A DNA stretch of 64,000 nucleotides from positions 5,704,001-5,768,000 of the forward strand of contig NC_043014.1 of NCBI RefSeq assembly GCF_006345805.1, in the 5' to 3' direction. Below, piece after piece: positions 53,777 to 64,000 of the stretch. Every line of letters begins with the position of its first letter. Within the stretch, counting starts at the first letter, position 1. Position numbers and translations under genes: made by a program. The notes below the pieces were generated by a model. It was not told the DNA's origin, searched no databases, and was given only the letters and a program-made list of their open reading frames with translations. This DNA comes from Octopus sinensis. Taxonomy: Eukaryota.

Positions 53777-54613
53777 GTAAGTCATGGATTTTGTGTTAAT
53801 ATATGTATGTCTTTATGTATTTATATAGCATGTATGTATGTATGCATTTACGTATGTATGTATTAATATGTGGATGTATGTACGTACGGATGGATGGATG
53901 GATGTAAGGTGATGCATGAATCACTTACATATGTTCCTATGGAGCACACACACACACATAAGATCACACACGTAATCACACACGAACACACAGGCGCACT
54001 CACCTAAATATACATATATATACATATACGTATATTTGTATATATAATATACATATATATGTATATATAAATATACATATATATGAATATATTGAACATA
54101 TATAGATATGTGCGTGAACATATATAGATATATATATACAAACAAATATATCCGTGTGTGTATCTATCACTGTATCACTCTGTCTATCTCTCTCTCTCTC
54201 TATTTATCTATATATATATATATATATATATAAGTGCGTTTGTGTGTGTGTGTGTGTTTGTATATAAATATGTTCTTTTACCCGTTTCAGTCATTTGACT
54301 GCGGCCATGCTAGAGCACAGCGTTTAGTAGAACAAAGTGACTTCAGGAATTATTCTTTGTAAGCCTATTGCTCATTCTATCGTTATCTCTACCCGAACCG
54401 CTATGTAACGGGGACGTAAATACACCGACATCAGTTGAGAATCGATAGTGGTGCGACAATAACAGACACATATATAAAACATAGATACATACAAACTATG
54501 TGTGCTATACACACAAACACACACATACATCTATATATATATATATATACATATCATACATACATACACACATATATAGTTACGTATGTATCTACATACA
54601 TATCTATCTATCA

Positions 54614-54695
<82 letters not shown>

Positions 54696-55394
54696 ATATC
54701 TATATATATATATATATATACATACATAAACACACATCCCAAGTAAACACAAAGAAGGGTGGAATTGTACTCCTGTCCGATCGCTCTTTCACCAGACATA
54801 ATCCTGGAGAGGGAACTAAGTGCGTAATGAAAAAAATCTAATGGTGGGGTTCTAGCATGGCCATGCTCTGTCGCTGCAACGTTTAGCCCTATTAATATAG
54901 TGTTAAGTATTATTTCTAGATTTACACTTACACACACGCACAGAACGAGACACATACAAACACACACACACGCACACATAGGAATACGTACATATTTACA
55001 CACATTTATCTATTTTCTCTCCATCAGGAACGGAAGTGAGGCGAGTTTTTTTGAATCTTTTCTTTCCAACTGAAAATAAAACGTGCGAGTGCCAATGTAG
55101 ATCGTGAATTTCGTAATGTTTGACTGTAATTCACGTTGGTTTTTATATATGACAATATGTAAGAACGAATGTAAATACATACCACAAGACACCGGACAAA
55201 CACACGCTCAAATAAACACGCACGCACACAGACACACGTGCTCAATTGTACACGAACAATCACACTATACAGTGTATGTCCACTCACATATATGTGTGCG
55301 TTTGTGTGTGTGTATGCGTATAAGTAGATACGTATATTTGTGATATTTATGGTGTGTATGCTTATGTGTACGTGTATACCTATATATTGATATG

Positions 55395-55506
<112 letters not shown>

Positions 55507-56516
55507 TATATGTCTGTGTGGAGGTGAAGTGGCCCAGGGTTTAGGGTCGCGGACTCACGGTTGTAGGATCGCGATTTCCCAGTCATTTTGAAACAGGTGA
55601 TATGGGAAAGTGCAACATTTACAACAAAACATTTGTAGAGTAAATGCTGGGCTACTTCGACTAAGCAACATGCTATGCGTCCGTTTGGAGTGTTTCAGGC
55701 CCTAACCTGTCATGCATAATTGGAGGTGGAGTTTGAGTGATTTTTGAACGTACCGAAAAGCTGTCAGTGGATATACTCTCTTTGCAGCAGTGTGCGCTGT
55801 GTGTAACACAACCCATCATAGGAAATATTGACACCACACGTCGGGTTTCTTGTCCTACATCACTCATAGAGCAAATTTGGAGGTACTGTGCTTGTTCATT
55901 CGCGGGTACCAGGGAACCATTGAGGGGATATACTTGCCCTTGAACTTTGACGTCGGCGTAAATTCATGTTTATCTCTCTTCTTAGATTCACCAAACGATG
56001 TCATTTGAAATGCATATTTGTATTGTCTGATATTCTTCAGAAAATCGTTTGACTGGATGGAAGCGCCTTCTAGGCGATTCCTAAGGCGTTGAGAAGGTAT
56101 TGTTGGCAATGATTCCTGCCCGAATATGTTGTCATCCATTGTATTGTTTTAATTCTATACGACAATAAATACCCCGAAGTTCTATTTATATGATGCTATT
56201 TCTATTTTTTCACAGAACCGTTTCATTTCCAAGAAATCTCTCGACGATAAACCTGATGACACACCAAGTAAGAACTAATTTTATGGCTAAAGTCTTTTAC
56301 CGGTGACTCATTAACTAATGATTTCTAATTTCACCAACTTTGAATTAGTTCCACATTATTATCCATATGTCCACAATAATATATACTAAGACTGAATTTA
56401 TTTTAAAATATGTTCTACTTTACAATAATTTCCTAAATAAAATGTTACTCTAATATACTATGCCATTTATTGTGTGTATATGAGTATATCTGCAGTGCTA
56501 CGTCGAGAATTATTTC

Positions 56517-56639
56517 GGCCCGCACGGTTCCTCTGAGGGAGCTCTTTGCCGAGTGTCCGAGGCGGCCGGTACGTTCACTGTGAAAAAATTAGAGTGCTCA
56601 GAGCGAGCCCCACCGGCAGCATACGAAAAGCATGGAATA
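56517..56639 (+). pseudogene. 123-bp 18S rRNA (V4 region) fragment inside the RTE remnant
   Basis: gaaaaaattagagtgctca...gcatggaata is a conserved SSU motif. Matches the reverse complement of ~3395-3520 and is absent at the orthologous site ~42325. Confidence 0.88.
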
Positions 56640-59048
56640 CCCTCTTCATCTGAGAATCAAATGCCCGAGCTGGCGCTTCACTGCGTTTATATCTACAATT
56701 CAGCATTCTGTCCACTCTTGTGTTTCCAATCGTTCGTGAATAGAGACCCGAAATAATGATGTTCCACTTTCCTACACAGTGCGTATTTGTCAATCCTGCT
56801 TTGGGGTACTCGTCAGCCAACCAATTCGGTGCACGTTGTTGGTTGCCATCAGACGAATGCCGTCTACAAATAACAGTCGACCGATCACGTAGAAATGAAT
56901 TTGGATTCCTCTACCACAATGGCTGCGCATATTCAACCAGATCACAAAAAAAATGTGAGAAGGGGAACTAACAATGCACACTTCAACTAAGTGAAACATT
57001 CACGTTGCAAACTTTCGACTTTTACATAAATACAATCATTTGAACATCCATATAAGTACTTTATGGCATCTAGTTTTTGCCCATTAAACTCACCCTCCAG
57101 GTAAACCATCCGCAACATGCCCCAGGGCACGTGATCATGTGCATTTTCGTGGTTTATAGCGTATAACCCTAGGACGTATTTCAACGTTTTCTCGAAGATC
57201 TATCTCTGACCGACTCTCTGGTCGGGTGTACTCCGTCCAGGACGGTCCTTGGGAGCGACAACTTCCTACATATCTTTTCCAGATATCTAGTGTAGACTTT
57301 TCTATAATTAGAACACACTCTTTGGGCTCTGTTTGAAAAAATTATGATTGTCACCCCATATTACCATTGCCTTGGTGTTTTTTCCAGAGGTCCCATCAAC
57401 CTAGCATACATGGGTCACTCAGAGAATACCATCCGTATTAAGGTTTCTAAAATATCAAGCCGGACGTACATTTCACCAGCAGCTTTATCACATTTAAGCG
57501 AGTTTAGCTCAAATAAGAACCTGCCGAAAAAAATTATACAATCACGAATCCCTTTGATGTCCAAGTCCATTCAGGCGGGTCACTCTCAATTTGGATGCAA
57601 AAGTCTCCACATTTTTGTTTCTGATCCCAGCATCCACTGCGGCTTCCAACTGTATTCTGTAGGTCGCACTGGACTTACCAATTTCCAGTGTTCGGCAGAC
57701 TAGGAATTTTCAGATTCTTAGACATTTAGGTTGTGACGAGTTGACAACTCCACCCCTTCCTTTTACCCGAACGTTCATCAAAGAGTGAAAGATGACCGAA
57801 CACTATCAAAAACTTCTGTCACCAAGCATTTCTATACCAGGCACCCTTATAAATATCCCTGTCTTAAAATAATATCTATACCATAGAGAGGAGAGTGTGT
57901 ATCCTGCACTGAAGGCTGCTATGACCTCTCCATTAAGTTCACTGACGACATTCCTTCCAATCAATCCTTCTCACGGTTATCAGTGCCAAGTTGTGCACTG
58001 AAGTCTCCTTGCGGGACAAATGACTTTACCCCAAATATATCTAAAGCTGAGGTGAAATTGCTTAGGAAGGATTTGTATTTGAACCCGCTGTTTGCTGCAT
58101 ATACTTACATCAGCCACAGTGGCCCTTCATATTCAGCCTTAGCGTCAAGAGGTGAACCCTCACACCTAGTCGGTTTCACTCCATAATACAATCCGAAAGC
58201 TGGGGATTGAGAGTATCCTAATCCCACCTGTGCAGACATTGTTGGCACCACAGTTGCAAAGAGGAGTTGCAAGTCTATATCCAAGTGTACGCTATCGGAG
58301 AAACGAAATTTTGTAGAGGAGACACCGATTATATCTTACAGGCAGATTATATCTAACAATTCAGACAGTTTAATTCTCAATTATTAAAGATTGTTCCCTT
58401 CTTGATCTGTTTTGGTTTCCTGAGAGCGTCAATTTTGTGCTACCACCCCACGCACCCCAGATTAAGTTGCTGACTGCACCCGTATTGGATGAGGTGTGCT
58501 ATATATTTATCAAACGGACTCCTCTACTCGAGATCCGGATGCGATGTCTTTTAACTAAATCGGCAAATTATGCGGTTAGGTTGTTATTTTCATATTGTAG
58601 TTATGATGGCCTTATTTGCGCCGAGCTCCAAACTGATATTTGTAATTGACCGATGAAAATTCGCACCTGGCGAATATTTTATCATTATTCTATTGAGTTT
58701 TATCATTATTCTATTGGGAAGTGTATATACTCATACCCAAGTTTACGTATCATACATACATCCGTTCATAGCGGAGACCGATACACATTCTGATATTCTG
58801 AGATTAATCTCTCAAATCTTTGACATCAACGTCACCAACAGGCTCAACAGACAAATGTCTTTTTTCTTTCTTTACAATTTATTCTTATTACTTACATCTT
58901 TCGTTCTGACTTTCATTCATTCACTCGTTCTCTCTTCAATTCTATATTTCTCTCTTCCCCATCAATTCCTTCCCATCCAACATCCTACTTTGTAAATGAT
59001 CCCCCAATTCTTTCTTTTAAACTACAATATTTCATTTTAATATCACAG

Positions 59049-59123
59049 AACCCGGTCTCGGATCATTGTATACCCGGTGGGGCAGAACAACATGTCCTCC
59101 TTATTCAAAACTTGTATATGACG
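59049..59123 (+). CDS. Internal exon of C4-like copy 3
   Basis: atcacag acceptor, (E)PGLGSLYTRWGRTTCPPYSKLVYD(G), gttagt donor. Confidence 0.85.
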
Positions 59124-60158
59124 GTTAGTATACTTTATATTTCTGACCCCTCATTCTCTTTTTGTCTTTCTCTTGCTCTCTTTTTATACCTCTCATTTTC
59201 TCTTTTTGTTACCTCTCTTTCTCTATCATCCTCTCTCTCACGCACACGCACACACACTCACCCTTTGTCGTGTTGTCTGACATAAACATTCTCAAATCCT
59301 CTTATGATATGTCACGTTTGAAACGTCTATACCTATAGACTATACAGACACTACACAAGACTGCTTAATCCTTTGTGGGTATTTGGTCAAATCAGAATAT
59401 TATATGTTGTCTACTACGGACCAAGTGAAAAGGATGCTAACTGGTGATCAATTGTACAGGCTACGGATGGTGGTATTGTACGTGAGTGACCAGAGCTGAA
59501 AAGTGGCCGCTTGACAATCATTAACTAGAGTGCACAATGATCGTAGGTGTGGGCTAAATTGAAAAGAGTCTATTAGAATTGATGACAGTGACTGTAAATG
59601 GTTAATGGAATGAACGCACAATGTAGAATGAGGACTGGACAAGCCACATACTGTAACTGATGGAAAAAGCTAAGGACTTTATTCATTAAGTAAAATATAG
59701 AGAGACTAAATATTAGTGAGAGAACACAACAGAGTACAGAATGCACTTCTATTCTTCTCCGTCTCACCGAAATCGTCCTATCGCTAAAACCTTGCTCTTT
59801 TCATGCACCACATCACCTCATAAAGTATCCAGTATATCTTTGTAAGGTAATTACGACACTTCCAATTCAAAACTGCTGCTACAAACTGCGTCCCCAATCA
59901 ACCTTACGTTCCTTAAAAATGCTTGTATCTGCTCTTTATAAACCCTACACGTATATTTTATCGGTCGCCGACTCCATCAACAAAAATATCCCCGTTCACT
60001 CGTGAACACCTTTTCTATTTCGGGTAAACACGAGTACATGCGTTACCGAATTCCTTTCTTTTTCTCCTTCTATTACACTTCCCCATGATAACATACATTA
60101 ATCCCGTCGTAACCACAAATCTTCCCGTATACACTCAACATATATACCTATTCCTACA

Positions 60159-60305
<147 letters not shown>

Positions 60306-61362
60306 CTGTGTGTATGTATATGTATATATATATAATATATATAGATTCGGATGAATATGGTACTTAAGTTGAGGCTCCAGAATTTAGTACGGCATTATCC
60401 ATACAATTTCAAAGTAAGGGGATTAAAATTAAAATAAGCAAAGATGATATCCAGAGATAATGCAGTACTTCGTTTCATGCAACTCCATTTAATTGAACAA
60501 TGCAATCATTACATCAGTTTAAAATTAGAGCAATTTTCAGCTGCAAAAACGTCGGATTTAATTAAATTACAACAGATGGACACATTTGTATAATTATACT
60601 TAAAATTTCCAAGATATTACAGAGAACATGTTGTCTCTACTTCAGCATAGCAGTTACTAAAATTATCAAGAAGACTCAGCTTACCACTGATTTTTTGTCT
60701 TTATGGTGTCAGTTTTAATTAATAGACTAATTTACAAATCCTTTGTATATCTAAGGCTGAGAGAACATTGGGCAGTATCTGTTAAGGGGAGGGCTCAGGC
60801 AGTAGATAGACATTGTAGTTGGTATAATTATAAAATAATCAAGAATTATTATAAGCAATACCATGAGGTTTAGTAAGGGAAAACTTAAAAACAAGATGTT
60901 AGATGATAATTAAGGGGGTCGCACACTGGCAGACTATTGACAATGAAACGGAAGGTCTTATCATATATTATAGTTAAATATTTTAAACAATGTTGCTATG
61001 AATACAGTTGAAGTTTAGGGTTTTCCAAAGTATTATTTAGAAGAATATTATAACAAAAGGATAAAAATTGTTGAATATTTTTTCTGTTCATAAGTATTCA
61101 TAAATTTCTTGATAATTTTATTAATTTCTATGCTGAAGTAGAGACAACATGTTCTTTGTGTATCTCCTTAACTTCTTTGAGATTTTAGGTATAATTATAC
61201 TAATTTGTCAATCTGTTTTAATTTAATTATATCCTATGTATTTGTGCAGCTGAAGATTACTCTATATTTTAAATTGATTTAATGATTGTATTGTTCAATT
61301 ATATGGAGTTGCATGAAACAATCGTACTGCATTATCTCTGGATATCCTTGTTGCTTACTTCG

Positions 61363-61445
<83 letters not shown>

Positions 61446-61653
61446 GAAGAGAATGCAATGCACAGCTATGATATCAAGCATACAGCAACACACAGCTTAC
61501 ACTCACATAAACACTAATATATACACCACAATTCGTTCACACGCGAGTAAACATGACTTCTTTTAAGTGAAAAATTGTAATGAATGTTTCCGTTATTTCA
61601 TATATAATTTTGCTTATTATCTTTCTTACTTGATTTATTCTTACCAATTCTAG

Positions 61654-62150
61654 GTGTGGTTGGTGGACAATTTTATGACCACACAGGTGGTGGAAGTAAT
61701 CTCTTGTGTTTACCTAACGATCCCATTTGGGCCAATTATACAACAGAAGTTGAAGATGGTGGTTACATTTATGGCAGTGAATATGAAATAGGCCACTACT
61801 CAAATAAACTCTTTTCTTTTGCTAACGCTAAATCACTTCATCAACACAACGTTCCGTGCGCTGTCTGTTTGACACGACAACCTGCTGTTGTTATGATGTT
61901 ACCAGCCAGGACAAAGTGTTACGATGGTTGGACAGCTGAGTATTCAGGATATTTGATGACCGAACATCATAATCATAAGGGCAGACATGGTTATGTGTGT
62001 GTGGATTATGCACCAGAAGCTGATCCAGCTGGTTACAGAGACGAAAATGGAGCTTTATTATATTTCGTTCAGGCTTCTTGTGGTTCGTTGCCATGTCCAC
62101 CGTATGTCAATGGTCAAGAATTAACCTGCGTTGTGTGCAGTAAATATTGA
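61654..62150 (+). CDS. Last exon of short-chain collagen C4-like gene, copy 3 (intact, ends TCVVCSKY*)
   Basis: ORF track, 164 aa, with all family cysteine motifs. Acceptor ttctag at 61648-61653. Confidence 0.9.
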
Positions 62151-63646
62151 ACAGAAATTAAATTCGGTTCCATATGAAAATATCTCTGTGAATTACAATA
62201 AATAACATAAAGTATTAATTGTTTTACCTAATATTTTCTTTAAAGTATGTCTATCGTTACAATAAACTGTTGTACTAGTTTACAGAAGATATTCAAACAA
62301 TACAAAAGAGGCGACGTAGAATGATAGAAATATCCTCAAAAACAAGAAAAATCTAAATCTGTCGGAATGATTCTAGAAAACATTTTGTAAGATTTCAGTT
62401 TATCAAACTTATCGTTGAAATAAAATATTATTTTGTTTAACAGTATTTCGTCTTCTGTCTCATGATTCAACAAACCCCAAATAAAGTACCACCATAGAAT
62501 TATATCAGCTTTTCATGCCCAGCCTTAGAAAGTCTAATACTCGACGCTACTATCTCAGACATCTTGGTTTTCAAATTACAGCTCGGATTCTGACAAGGAC
62601 CCATGAACCGCTACATTACATAGAACAGAACTTAACTGATTCTTTCAACAACAACCAGATACTTCCACAAAATCCATTCTACTTGCCGTTATTAATCAGG
62701 AAAGCTTTCCGATCCATTCCAAACCCATATCTTATAAAACATATTTATCGTCTACTTTAGAAATATCACAAAATGTTCAATTTAAGCTTTCTGAGAATGT
62801 GGAATTTACACGATCAATCCCTCAAAAGACAGTATAAATGAGTATTGGTCCTGCCAACCTAAATCTATATCACAAAATTCCCACCTCTCTTCAAAATAAG
62901 ATACAAAACGAAACTCGATGCCCACAACATACACGTCATACACTAAATGCTGATATACAAGAATAAGAACTGAAATCAACCAGAAAAATTGCCTCATTTC
63001 GATAGCAGAGAACATCAAATACGACGATTTCTTTCACTCATCTACGTAAACATACCAGAACCGAAGAAAAGATGGATCCTAGAAGCTGAATACATATCAT
63101 GCGAAACGAATACAACACCCATAAAAGCGAGAGTAAAGAGAGCAAATATAGTCAGGGCAAGCACGGATGCTGTGTGTAAGAAGGCTGAGATGTTGTGACC
63201 GTCACGTTATATCCAATAGGATTCATGACAGTATGTTGGAGTGTGTCGAATATTTGTTAGATAAACGAAGGGTTCGGTTAACAGCATCAAGCTGCAATAA
63301 AGATTAAAGATTAGTAATGTTTACTGTCCCACTATTATTAGTCTAATGGGTAAATCTGCATTCGCTTCTCTAGATTACAAATATTTTCATGGTTGTAAAT
63401 CGTAAACAATTGCAGAGAATACGGACGCTGGTAGATCTTCAAATTCATCTTTTGATTCAGCGGCATAATTAGACAGTTAAAACGACCGCCATGTGTTTAA
63501 GCTGTACAGAGCATGCGCAGCTGCATATGCAACCCGCCATTACAATAGGAAAAATTATGGGACTTTGTTGAAATCTGACATGGCTGTAAGATTTATTTTG
63601 TAGCTTATTTCGAATTAACCTTATTTCGAGGGCCAAACCGAAAGTG

Positions 63647-63688
<42 letters not shown>

Positions 63689-64000
63689 ATACACACACAA
63701 ACACACACACACACACATACACGCGCGCGAGCACACACACACACACACACATACACACAAACACACACACACACACACAACACACACACATATATATATT
63801 AAATTAAGTCAACTTATATCTGAGGGGTCTAACTTGCTTCATCTAAGAAAATTTAATCATAACTATGGAATTCCGACATACGTATGCAGTCCACACGGAA
63901 GGTGCACTTGCGAATTGAGTTTCAAATGGGAGACACTGTACCTGTATGTTTTGCTATGATTTATAAAACTTGAAGAAAAATATTCAAAGCTAGTGATAAT

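Noticed and set aside
58771-58860. Candidate missing exon 2 (AETDTHSDILRLISQIFDINVTNRL) after a ttcatag acceptor
   Set aside because: No GT donor in a compatible phase, the start phase does not fit copy 2 exon 1, and the orthologous region in copy 2 is partly deleted.
62500-63200. ORFs 62515-62760 and 62989-63198 (duplicated at ~50150-50780) as exons of a second gene
   Set aside because: No clear splice structure, and stops and frameshifts in the duplicate. They weakly resemble decayed LINE RT fragments, but support is too low to annotate.

Overview
AT-rich, microsatellite-dense eukaryotic genomic DNA. The SINE families and repeat landscape resemble a coleoid cephalopod such as Octopus; this is an inference. 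From left to right the window contains: (1) a decayed minus-strand rDNA unit (28S-ITS2-5.8S-ITS1-partial 18S, 1-3660); (2) a dead mariner transposon interrupted by a SINE; (3) a cluster of Penelope-like retroelements (RT + GIY-YIG) and their pseudo-LTRs. These carry about ten type I hammerhead-ribozyme motifs, one with a fully canonical core at 14314-14409, and nearly all have a different self-complementary stem III; (4) a near full-length R4/Dong-like LINE with a restriction-like endonuclease sitting in (AAT)n tracts; (5) non-autonomous Helitrons and MITEs; (6) a tandem array of short-chain-collagen-C4-like genes (one remnant and two multi-exon copies) on a roughly 15-18 kb segmental duplication that also carries Helitron and RTE fragments. 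Other notable points: several fold-back palindromes, a 123-bp 18S rRNA fragment captured in only one duplicate, and a first exon that is open in two reading frames, with each paralogue apparently using a different one. Most ORFs in the supplied track are microsatellite or antisense-rRNA artefacts. There is a 100-N gap at 52820-52919.
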